A stretch of 62,842 nt of DNA from the IMG/VR virus record IMGVR_UViG_3300045988_149506. One strand, given 5' to 3'. Positions 1-7,501 of this stretch are shown piece by piece; the stretch's first letter is position 1, and the number at the start of each line of letters is the position of its first letter. A program made the position numbers and the translations under genes. Under the pieces are notes generated by a model. It saw only the letters and a program-made list of their open reading frames with translations, did no database searches and had not been told where the DNA came from. Source of the DNA: a virus.

Positions 1-99
1 ACTATACTTCTGACTATCTAGAAACCAACGATTTACGCTATTTCATTAAATATCAAGCAATTATAAAAATATGCTTTCTAATTTCCAAACCAAATTCAT
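1..99. repeat. Terminal direct repeat, left copy (identical to 62744-62842)
   Basis: Base-by-base reading: the first 99 nt of the window equal the last 99 nt. This means either a circular or terminally redundant assembly overlap, or attL/attR. Confidence 0.95.
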
Positions 100-175
100 T
101 TTTACTTGATTTCCAGATATTTTTACGTTTCTTTCGAAACAATCTATAATTTAATCTATATTACCTAAAATAATT

Positions 176-1075
176 CTACTTATATACATTATACTCTATC
201 AAAAGATGATGGCTTTCGCCACTACTATCTGTATAGAGCAATTCTATTGTTATCTCGTAACCATTCTCCCCTAAAGTCACATACATATAACTGCCGGGTA
301 GAACATTTTCATAGCGCACAAAGCTACTCCATCTGTAATAGCTTCGGTCAGAAAGTTCTATCTTCTTCCCTAATTCGAAGTTATTTACTGTCATATCGAA
401 GTTAGTCTCTGTCTTTTCTCTATTACCCTTTTCAAAGGCATAACAAGAGAAGAAGGCAATGCCATCCTTAACATTAAACTCAGCCCATTTGCCATATACA
501 TAGGAAACGCCATCGCTGGTGAAGTCATAGCTGTAACTAGCTTTATTCTGCCAATCTTCTGCTGGCAGATAATCGCTATCACCTAACTTTCCTTCATACT
601 CAACATCCAGTTTATCCTTGCCATGACTACCGCTAGAATAGAGAAGATGAATGGCAACGCTTATACGGTCTCCCTTTCTTGAAAGAATATAATAGCTGCC
701 AGGCTCTATTTTAGAGCTTCCACCCTCAAAGGAATAAGTCTGTCTGCCATCATTGAACGTTATGCCAGAATCATACTTATCGGTTGTCAAATCAACTTTC
801 TCTCCATATATGTAGTTAACACAACTAAGATATAAACTCTTACCTGGATGCTCAGAGTTCTCCAAAGCCAAGTTTACCCCAAAGTACTTATCGTTTGATG
901 GAGCAGGTCTAGCAGGATCCGTACACCATGAATAACAAACGTCATACCTAGTATCATTCCAGGAAACAACATTTGTTTCCTCATCTGCATCATTCAAGCT
1001 TTCCTTGCTGCATGAACAAAGAAGGCACACGATGAGCATTAACATCAATTTCAAACTATTCTCTTTCATTTTCAT
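176..1075 (-). CDS. Predicted surface or periplasmic lipoprotein with an internal duplication (lysogeny-module accessory gene)
   Basis: N-terminal signal peptide with lipobox (LLCSC). Two similar halves end in PGSYYILSRKGDRISVAIHLLYSSGSHG and PGSYMYVTLGENGYEITIELLYTDSSGESH. It shares the strand of the integrase and repressor. Confidence 0.7.
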   Translation of the reverse strand: MKMKENSLKLMLMLIVCLLCSCSKESLNDADEETNVVSWNDTRYDVCYSWCTDPARPAPSNDKYFGVNLALENSEHPGKSLYLSCVNYIYGEKVDLTTDKYDSGITFNDGRQTYSFEGGSSKIEPGSYYILSRKGDRISVAIHLLYSSGSHGKDKLDVEYEGKLGDSDYLPAEDWQNKASYSYDFTSDGVSYVYGKWAEFNVKDGIAFFSCYAFEKGNREKTETNFDMTVNNFELGKKIELSDRSYYRWSSFVRYENVLPGSYMYVTLGENGYEITIELLYTDSSGESHHLLIEYNVYK

Positions 1076-1081
1076 TCATAT

Positions 1082-2443
1082 TTAATGATTATACGCACGC
1101 CTAAAACCTTCCTGAATAGCTTCAGCAATTTCAAACTTATAGCCTTTTCCCTTGGCGTTAATCTTCACCAGGTCATAGTGCCTATCAAATGGCAGATGAT
1201 AAATCTTTTGACCTGTATTATGATTCACATTGCACTTGATGGCCGGAAACCTGTCCATGGGCAATCGTCTTACTTTAATGCCTAGCAAATTGACACATTT
1301 GATAGCTTCAGGAGACAAGTCACAAGTGACATAAAGCCATGGCTCTACTTCCACCCCTTTGATTTTATCTTCATTGTCCAACTTCCATTGAACAAAAGAG
1401 CCATATAATTGAAAAACTACATTTTCTCTTATCTGGCTATGTTCACTCCAATTTTTACATTGAACTATCAGAATCTTTCCTGTCTTTTGATGCGTTGCTA
1501 TAATATCACGACCACCATCTTCCAGTTTTTTATTTAAGCCTTCCTGAATAATGTCGTAACCTTCATTATAAAGCCTGTAGGCACAATATATCTCATAATT
1601 GCGTCCCTTCTCCCAGTCTGTCCATCTAGAACTATCTGAAATGTAGCGATTCACTGCCAACTGCTCCCTGCCTTGTTCTGTCATCTGAGAATACTCATCA
1701 TCAGATAACCAATTTCTAATATTACACCTCTTCTCTTCTTCATGCATATAATTGATATAAGCAACATCATCCTTAAATTTACTCAATTCAGGATATATAG
1801 AAAGAAGATACTCAAACTTATATTGATATTTAAACAAAGAAGCAAGCTCCTCTACATTAGAATCAACATACATGTTCTCGTGTTCCAAAGCATGAGCACG
1901 AAGATGGGCAACATAATCAAATGGATTCTTTGCATTAATCATCTGATAAAAATCATCTATCTTCTGTTCCAGATTGTTAATGTCAGATTTGGCGCATTCA
2001 TACTTATCGAATAGTTCACGATAAATATATTCCACTTCATCAAGCTCTTTCTTTAGCTTGGCATTCAAATCCTGCAATTCATTTTTTTCAAAGTTCAATC
2101 CATGGACAACAGCTTTCTGATTAGATAAATCTACAGTCTGCTTGTTTATCACCTTAAGCTTTGATTCAACATCTGATTCCAGTTGCTTTATCAAATCCAC
2201 CTGCCTGGCATTCAAATCTGCTAATACAGATTTCTCCTTCTTAATCTTTTGCAATTCTTCTCCTTGCTTGGTAAAATCAGCTTTCCATCTTTCTATCTGA
2301 TTTCGAAGCATATTAATAGTACTATTGAAGTATGTCATATCAGCAACAGGTTCATTTTTTTGGAATTTCCCCAGTAACAATACAACAATAACAACAACAC
2401 ATAGAACTATTATAAGCAACAATACGCCATCCATTTCACTCAA
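1082..2443 (-). CDS. Membrane-anchored coiled-coil protein with a C-terminal Mrr-type (PD-(D/E)xK) restriction-endonuclease-like domain
   Basis: N-terminal TM helix (VLLLIIVLCVVVIVVLLL) and about 150 aa of heptad-rich coiled coil. Nuclease core is GGRDIIATHQKTGKILIVQCKNW...VVFQLYGS. Terminal motif is IYHLPFDRHYD...AEAIQEGFRRA. Confidence 0.65.
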   Translation of the reverse strand: MSEMDGVLLLIIVLCVVVIVVLLLGKFQKNEPVADMTYFNSTINMLRNQIERWKADFTKQGEELQKIKKEKSVLADLNARQVDLIKQLESDVESKLKVINKQTVDLSNQKAVVHGLNFEKNELQDLNAKLKKELDEVEYIYRELFDKYECAKSDINNLEQKIDDFYQMINAKNPFDYVAHLRAHALEHENMYVDSNVEELASLFKYQYKFEYLLSIYPELSKFKDDVAYINYMHEEEKRCNIRNWLSDDEYSQMTEQGREQLAVNRYISDSSRWTDWEKGRNYEIYCAYRLYNEGYDIIQEGLNKKLEDGGRDIIATHQKTGKILIVQCKNWSEHSQIRENVVFQLYGSFVQWKLDNEDKIKGVEVEPWLYVTCDLSPEAIKCVNLLGIKVRRLPMDRFPAIKCNVNHNTGQKIYHLPFDRHYDLVKINAKGKGYKFEIAEAIQEGFRRAYNH

Positions 2444-2452
2444 ACAGTTTTA

Positions 2453-2788
2453 CTATCCTACATGTACCTGGCTTCTAGCAGAAAGACCATGAATCTCCCT
2501 CAGCACCTTATTCTCAGCCCTAAGAGCAATCACCTCTCGTTCCAACTCGTTCATGTCAACCACATTACTATTATTATTAGCCAAAGATGGAGCTTTCTTC
2601 TCTGAACCGAAAAATTCAGCAACATCAACACCAAGAACTTCGGCAAGATTTTCAACCGTGCTAACTTTCACATCAGCACCATTAAGAAGGTTATCCAGTG
2701 TAGTTCTGCTAACCTTCATCCTAGAAGCAATATCAATTTTGCTCAGTTTACTGGACGTTATAATGTCCACTATTCTCTGCACATTCAT
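2453..2788 (-). CDS. XRE/cI-type helix-turn-helix transcriptional repressor
   Basis: HTH segment LSKIDIASRMKVSRTTLDNLLNG...VENLAEVLGV. The gene is divergent from the plus-strand early operon. Confidence 0.8.
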   Translation of the reverse strand: MNVQRIVDIITSSKLSKIDIASRMKVSRTTLDNLLNGADVKVSTVENLAEVLGVDVAEFFGSEKKAPSLANNNSNVVDMNELEREVIALRAENKVLREIHGLSARSQVHVG

Positions 2789-2873
2789 ACTAAAATCCTT
2801 TAAAAGTTCAACAAAGTGGGTTAATTAATATTAATATCGCCCACTATATTATACATATATAAAAAGTTTATTG

Positions 2874-2881
2874 TACTTTTG
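2874..2881 (+). promoter_or_regulatory. Bacteroidetes-type -7 box (TACTTTTG) for the early rightward operon
   Basis: Matches TAnnTTTG about 50 nt upstream of the ATG at 2934, inside the repressor/early divergent region. An inverted repeat GTGGG...CCCAC lies at about 2816-2844. Confidence 0.4.
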
Positions 2882-2933
2882 CACCGTAAAGTTAGTAAAT
2901 AAATAAATAAGTACCAAATAAAATTGAAGAAAA

Positions 2934-3335
2934 ATGAAAAAAGATAGCAAAAAATCTCACGATGCACCATTAAGGCTGTTCGTCTGTCCTTTTCACACTG
3001 CGCTTACAGCAGGATGGAAAGACCGTGAAGGAAACCTACATGACGGTCAACCTATATGGCATGGAATGGAGGTCAGAATGGGTAGAGACGATGAGGAATA
3101 CATCAACCTAGCCAAAGTCTGGCACCAAGGAAAAGAACTTCCAAAAAGCAACAACGAGGATTGCCTCCTTGATTACGCTGACGGCATGACTACAGAAGTC
3201 GGTCATACATATACAGACCCAGATGGCAGTCGTGGATGGCTCACAGATTCTGGAGCACATCTATTCGAAGAAATCGGTCAATGGGCATACCTCAAAGATA
3301 TTGTTCCTATCAAATTAAAGAAAGGAGGCAAATAA
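2934..3335 (+). CDS. Hypothetical early protein
   Basis: First ORF of the rightward operon. Its C-terminal W-x3-KDIVPI-x-L motif is shared with the product of 10775-11242. Confidence 0.7.
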   Translation: MKKDSKKSHDAPLRLFVCPFHTALTAGWKDREGNLHDGQPIWHGMEVRMGRDDEEYINLAKVWHQGKELPKSNNEDCLLDYADGMTTEVGHTYTDPDGSRGWLTDSGAHLFEEIGQWAYLKDIVPIKLKKGGK

Positions 3336-3685
3336 TGAAAAAGAACGAAAATGACAATTCAGTAGCTCACTTCTATTCTCTGTGTGAAGAATGGAAGAAG
3401 TTGAAGGATGATATTGCCAAGCAGCAGAAGAGACTCTGGCTCAGAACCAAGATTTATGAGATTACAGGCATCGAGACTCCTTTAACCCCAACCGAAAAAG
3501 ACAGTTTCGAGGAAATCTTCGATTGGATATTTCAAGCACCCATCTACGAGTGGGAAGGCATGTTATATTGCTTTAATCATGAATACGAGATAGTAATAGA
3601 TTCGCCTGTTGAAAAAATTTCCATAGAATCTAACATTGAATATGCCCTAGAAAATGCCAAGGTACTTTACTCATTCCTTAAATAA
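3335..3685 (+). CDS. Hypothetical early protein
   Basis: The track ORF is 3236-3685. The likely start is the ATG at 3335, which overlaps the upstream stop (TAATG). Confidence 0.65.
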   Translation: MKKNENDNSVAHFYSLCEEWKKLKDDIAKQQKRLWLRTKIYEITGIETPLTPTEKDSFEEIFDWIFQAPIYEWEGMLYCFNHEYEIVIDSPVEKISIESNIEYALENAKVLYSFLK

Positions 3686-3709
3686 CAACAAAACAAAGGA
3701 GACAAGACT

Positions 3710-4294
3710 ATGCAAAAGATAATGTTCAATGACCAGTACGGTCTCACCCAAGCAGTCCTAGATGGTCGCAAGACCCAGACCAGAAGAATCGCCTATCAAA
3801 AGCCTTTCAAGTATAATTGCAACTGCGGTTTCTGTACGGAAGGAAAAGACAAGGGCAAGTTCACCATCAATGATGGCAATGAGATAGTGGCAAAGTCCAC
3901 TTATAGAATAGGTGAAGTCGTGGCAGTCGCTCAAAGATACAGCGACATTTCACTGGAACCATCCATCAGGACAATACTATGCAAACATCCTGGATGGAAT
4001 AACAAGATGTTCGTCACGGCAAAAACGATGCATCATCAAATCAAGATTATCAACATCAGTGTACAGCGCCTACAGAACATCAGCACCGATGACTGCATGA
4101 AGGAAGGAATCTTCTGTAGCCACATCGAAGGCATTGCCGATGCCTTTTCATACGATGCCACAAATGATAGCTTTGAGAAGAAATGGTGGTACAGAACTCC
4201 TATCGAAGCATACAAGATGCTCAGCTGTAAGCTCCACCTCCATTGGGGCAGCAATCCTCTCGTCTTCGTTTACGATTTCGAACTAGTTAAATAA
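3710..4294 (+). CDS. ASCH-like domain protein
   Basis: The N-terminus FNDQYGLTQAVLDGRKTQTRRI resembles the ASCH/PUA-like beta-barrel start. Confidence 0.45.
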   Translation: MQKIMFNDQYGLTQAVLDGRKTQTRRIAYQKPFKYNCNCGFCTEGKDKGKFTINDGNEIVAKSTYRIGEVVAVAQRYSDISLEPSIRTILCKHPGWNNKMFVTAKTMHHQIKIINISVQRLQNISTDDCMKEGIFCSHIEGIADAFSYDATNDSFEKKWWYRTPIEAYKMLSCKLHLHWGSNPLVFVYDFELVK

Positions 4295-4309
4295 TAATTC
4301 ATCATCAAT

Positions 4310-4501
4310 ATGAAAGAAGAAACATTACCTCTCAGACCTCAGATTAGGGAACTGGCGTTAGGTCAAGCCATCGACTTCCCTATCAAGAGAATGCTATCGG
4401 TCAAGAGTAGTTGCACCGACCTCGGTGCCATCTACAGCCGAAAGTTCAAGACCAAGCTCAACCGTGAGCAAGGAGTTATCACAGTTACAAGAATCAAATA
4501 A
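4310..4501 (+). CDS. Hypothetical small protein
   Basis: 63-aa ORF tightly packed within the operon. Confidence 0.55.
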   Translation: MKEETLPLRPQIRELALGQAIDFPIKRMLSVKSSCTDLGAIYSRKFKTKLNREQGVITVTRIK

Positions 4502-4513
4502 AACAAAATAGTC

Positions 4514-4813
4514 ATGAACCAAACAGTACAAATCCAGTTCGCTGACAAGATGGTCTCATTCGACACATTCCTATCAGCCATACGCAATGTAGTCCAGGAA
4601 GAAATTTCCAAGGCTGTAGGCAAGCGACCATTCATCACCCAAGCCAAGGCATTCGATACCTTCGGCAGACGCAATGTAGAGCGATGGGTGAAGGAAGGCA
4701 AGGTCAAGGTCTTCGGGCGTGGCAAGAACGGCAAGATTACTCGCTACGAATACCGACTGTCCGAGCTGGAAGCCTGTGCCTGTAAAGTTCAAGACTATCT
4801 ACATCCCACATAG
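4514..4813 (+). CDS. Excisionase/MerR-like HTH DNA-binding protein
   Basis: ITQAKAFDTFGRRNVERWVKEGKVKVFGRG resembles an HTH_17/Xis-type helix-turn-helix. Confidence 0.5.
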   Translation: MNQTVQIQFADKMVSFDTFLSAIRNVVQEEISKAVGKRPFITQAKAFDTFGRRNVERWVKEGKVKVFGRGKNGKITRYEYRLSELEACACKVQDYLHPT

Positions 4814-4901
4814 GTAATTTTACTTTTAGAGAATAGACATAAGCTAACATTGCAAACAAGAAAAGCTCGCTGTGAAGCGAAACTTATCGTTGAAACATTC
4901 A

Positions 4902-4986
4902 AAAGGTGCCTGGGCAAATATCCCTGCGAAAACAGCTATTCATCATTAAAAATCTGATAAGTACAAATCCTACTCAGGCACCTTTC
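4902..4986 (+). terminator. Long-range 11-bp inverted repeat followed by a T-rich run
   Basis: AAAGGTGCCTG (4902-4912) pairs with CAGGCACCTTT (4976-4986) and is followed by CTTTTC. It lies downstream of the stop at 4813. Confidence 0.35.
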
Positions 4987-4993
4987 TTTTCAC

Positions 4994-5152
4994 GGTCGGC
5001 ATTGCAATCTTGCATGTAGCCTAGCCCATCGGGGGCGATGTTCATAACAAACGATTGATTGTTTAAATGCTTTTTTACTAGGTTCACCATGATTTCTGCG
5101 AAAAAGAACTAAGCAGATAGGCACAAGGGTTCGACTCCCTAACCGACCACCA
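4994..5152 (+). ncRNA. tRNA-like element: acceptor-like helix, T-arm and encoded ACCA. It is not a canonical tRNA.
   Basis: GGTCGG (4994-4999) pairs with CCGACC (5143-5148). T-arm is AGGG-TTCGACT-CCCT (5126-5140). The 3' end is A-CCA (5149-5152). The element is 159 nt and I could not draw a cloverleaf. Confidence 0.3.
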
Positions 5153-5179
5153 TTACAAACAATATAAAACGATAAAGTT

Positions 5180-5398
5180 ATGAAAACAATTAAGATTATC
5201 TTCTGCATTGCCATCTGGCTAGTCCTTGGATGGCTCTGCCTCAGTAAACTCTCACAGGACATCCACGATGAGAATCTGATTTCTCAGATGCCACAGTGTA
5301 CATACGATGAGATAGTCGATACGCTCACCTCTCGTAATGGCTTCCAGCCTACAGAGCATCAGATAGTAACCTACTATTATGAGCGATTCAAGAAGTAA
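5180..5398 (+). CDS. Small membrane or secreted protein
   Basis: N-terminal hydrophobic helix IIFCIAIWLVLGWLCL. Confidence 0.6.
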   Translation: MKTIKIIFCIAIWLVLGWLCLSKLSQDIHDENLISQMPQCTYDEIVDTLTSRNGFQPTEHQIVTYYYERFKK

Positions 5399-5519
5399 GA
5401 GCACCTATGCAGCTCGCAAGTGCCTCCTCTGCCCAAATGGGCGTAACTGCATCAATGGCAAGTATTGTCTTAAATACAAGATGTACGTGCAGCATCAGGA
5501 GAAACTTCTATGTGAATAA
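5379..5519 (+). CDS. Unlisted 46-aa Cys-rich (zinc-ribbon-like) small ORF
   Basis: Hand translation gives MSDSRSKSTYAARKCLLCPNGRNCINGKYCLKYKMYVQHQEKLLCE. It fills the 5399-5537 gap and overlaps the upstream gene by 20 nt. Confidence 0.35.
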   Translation: MSDSRSKSTYAARKCLLCPNGRNCINGKYCLKYKMYVQHQEKLLCE

Positions 5520-5537
5520 CTTTTTAAACTAAATAAT

Positions 5538-6038
5538 ATGGAACAGAACAACAAACAGACGATGCCATGTTTCGAACTTGGCTACCTTTACGTCTTCAAA
5601 GAAGAAGACGAGGACGGAGAGCTGACAATCATCGGCAAGCTCATCGGCAAGAACGAGAGCGAGGACACGCTGACATTCGGCAACCAGTACGAAATCGAGA
5701 ACGAGAAGTTCGTGACCGACCAAGCCTTCGACCTGCGTATCAGCGTACACGAGGAACTGCGAGAAGCAACAGAGGGCGAAGCCGCCACGTTCCAGGAGGC
5801 TTTCACTCTCTGGAAGAAGAGCAAGAATCAGCCATCATTCAGAACCTTCGATAAGGTTCTTGTGCGTAACAGCGATGAACACAAATGGAGACCAGCAATC
5901 TTCGCACGAACACGTATAGGTGAATCCCCATACAAATACAACGCTTTGCTATTATGCACCGGGCACGTAGGTGACTTTATCCAATGCATCCCATACAAAG
6001 GAAATGAGAAAATGGCATTCACCACAGACCCATTTTAG
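5538..6038 (+). CDS. Hypothetical protein (acidic N-terminal half)
   Basis: 166-aa ORF. The alternative-frame ORFs over the same DNA look like compositional artefacts. Confidence 0.7.
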   Translation: MEQNNKQTMPCFELGYLYVFKEEDEDGELTIIGKLIGKNESEDTLTFGNQYEIENEKFVTDQAFDLRISVHEELREATEGEAATFQEAFTLWKKSKNQPSFRTFDKVLVRNSDEHKWRPAIFARTRIGESPYKYNALLLCTGHVGDFIQCIPYKGNEKMAFTTDPF

Positions 6039-6056
6039 GTAACAAGATTAAGCAAT

Positions 6057-7457
6057 ATGAATCACGCTAGTTTATTCAGCGGAATCGGTGGCGCAGAGAT
6101 CGCTGCATCCATGATGGGATGGAAGAATCTCTTCCATTGCGAGATACAGGAGTTCCCTCGCAAGGTGCTCGACTACTGGTTTCCAAATTCAGAAAGTTAT
6201 GAAGACATTACCAAAACAGACTTCACAAAGTGGCACGGCAAGGTCGATGTTCTCACAGGAGGATTCCCCTGCCAACCTTTCTCCCTCGCTGGCAGAAGAA
6301 AGGGAGCGGACGATAACCGCTACCTCTGGCCACAAATGCTTCGAGCGATACGGCAGATACACCCCACTTGGGTCGTTGGTGAAAACGTTGCTGGCATCAA
6401 GACGATGGTGGAGTCCTGCCAAGTCACTCAGATGGGACGCACAGACTATCTTTTCGAAGAGAATCACCTATACCGAGAGGAAAGCCGATTCACCCTCGAC
6501 AAAATCTGTGCAGACCTCGAAGCCGAAGGATATTCCGTCCAACCGATTGTTATTCCAGCTTGTGCCATCGGAGCACCGCACAGAAGAGACCGAGTTTGGA
6601 TTATTGCCCACCGTTCAGACCCAAGGGCTGAAACAGTGCAACAAGAAAGGCAAGACGGAATTTGTTCCGCTAGACCTTCTCCCCACACCCAATGCGATGG
6701 ACATAGCCCACAAGGACATGGAAATCAACGAGAGAGGGCGAAGAAATCCAAAGAAGGGCAAGACCGACCACAGCCTGGGTCTAGAAGACATGGCAGTGGC
6801 ACAACTCCTTCCTACGCCCACGGCACTCGACAAAGGAGGAGGAAGAATAAACAAGAGCCTTTCACCGAATGCAGCAGAACGCCCAACCTTGGCACTCGCC
6901 GCTCGAAAAGGCTTGCTTCCCACTCCTTGCAGCATAGAAGCCACGAAGTTCACCAAGACCATCAATCCCAATTCCCAGATGGGGCAAGGACTAACAACCT
7001 TGGCAGTCAATGGTCTTCTTCCCACTCCTACCGCAATGGAGGTAAAGCACTCCAAGCGAGTAAAGGGCTTGAAAGAACAGGGCGCAAAAGGGATGTACAG
7101 CCGAAAGAACGGAGCACTTCGCCCGAATGGACTGACCGACTTTCTGGATTTCCATTATCTCCTCACTCCAAGTGCAACAGATGGTCTCAGAAGTACAATG
7201 ACAATGGATTCTTTGAAGAGCCACAACAAGGAGAATGCCAACCTGGCGGAGCAGATAGCCCACAAAGTAGGTGGCGGAACTTCCCAACTCAATCCCCTGT
7301 TTGTAGAGGAAATGATGGGATTCCCTTTGATGTGGACAGCCTTACCATTTCTTTCCCAAAGTGGCGACAAGAATCCATAAAGGCTTACGGCAATGCCTGG
7401 GTGCCACAAGTGGCTTACGAGATATTCCGAGCCATCGAGGCAGAAGAAAACAAATAA
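6057..7457 (+). CDS. DNA (cytosine-5)-methyltransferase, long ORF. The middle third is low-complexity in this frame.
   Basis: In this frame: motif I FSGIGG, IV GFPCQPFS, VI GENV, VIII APHRRDRVWIIA and X GNAWVPQVAYEIF. See the finding on the overlapping frame. Confidence 0.8.
   Translation: MNHASLFSGIGGAEIAASMMGWKNLFHCEIQEFPRKVLDYWFPNSESYEDITKTDFTKWHGKVDVLTGGFPCQPFSLAGRRKGADDNRYLWPQMLRAIRQIHPTWVVGENVAGIKTMVESCQVTQMGRTDYLFEENHLYREESRFTLDKICADLEAEGYSVQPIVIPACAIGAPHRRDRVWIIAHRSDPRAETVQQERQDGICSARPSPHTQCDGHSPQGHGNQRERAKKSKEGQDRPQPGSRRHGSGTTPSYAHGTRQRRRKNKQEPFTECSRTPNLGTRRSKRLASHSLQHRSHEVHQDHQSQFPDGARTNNLGSQWSSSHSYRNGGKALQASKGLERTGRKRDVQPKERSTSPEWTDRLSGFPLSPHSKCNRWSQKYNDNGFFEEPQQGECQPGGADSPQSRWRNFPTQSPVCRGNDGIPFDVDSLTISFPKWRQESIKAYGNAWVPQVAYEIFRAIEAEENK
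6199..7380 (+). CDS. Overlapping +1-frame ORF with LLPTPxAxD repeats and a motif-IX-like LNPLFVEEMMGFPLMWT
   Basis: 393-aa ORF entirely inside 6057-7457. It has five LLPT(P)/LLTP repeats (starting 6601, 6676, 6805, 6913, 7015, and 7159 as LLTP) and globular-looking composition. It stops 9 nt before motif X of the other frame. Confidence 0.45.
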   Translation: MKTLPKQTSQSGTARSMFSQEDSPANLSPSLAEERERTITATSGHKCFERYGRYTPLGSLVKTLLASRRWWSPAKSLRWDAQTIFSKRITYTERKADSPSTKSVQTSKPKDIPSNRLLFQLVPSEHRTEETEFGLLPTVQTQGLKQCNKKGKTEFVPLDLLPTPNAMDIAHKDMEINERGRRNPKKGKTDHSLGLEDMAVAQLLPTPTALDKGGGRINKSLSPNAAERPTLALAARKGLLPTPCSIEATKFTKTINPNSQMGQGLTTLAVNGLLPTPTAMEVKHSKRVKGLKEQGAKGMYSRKNGALRPNGLTDFLDFHYLLTPSATDGLRSTMTMDSLKSHNKENANLAEQIAHKVGGGTSQLNPLFVEEMMGFPLMWTALPFLSQSGDKNP

Positions 7458-7501
7458 ATGATAGAAATCGTAAATTCTACATTCCAAATAAAGAAGAATA
7501 A

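Noticed and set aside
391-582. 63-aa nested ORF in another frame of the lipoprotein gene
   Set aside because: It lies fully inside a longer ORF with a clear signal/lipobox and internal duplication, and nothing supports it independently.
4994-5152. Canonical tRNA or standard tmRNA gene
   Set aside because: At 159 nt it is too long for a tRNA, and I could not form D or anticodon arms. It is too short for a normal tmRNA, and I saw no Ala-resume or ...ALAA-type tag frame. It is kept only as a tRNA-like element of uncertain meaning.
4990-5262. 90-aa minus-strand ORF across the non-coding gap and into 5180-5398
   Set aside because: It runs against the operon direction, overlaps a plausible plus-strand gene and spans the tRNA-like structure. 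There is no supporting feature.
5567-5854. Alternative-frame ORFs (5567-5854 plus strand, 5588-5824 and 5529-5750 minus strand) inside 5538-6038
   Set aside because: The R/E-rich and S-rich strings derive from the GAA/GAC-rich acidic segment of the main frame.
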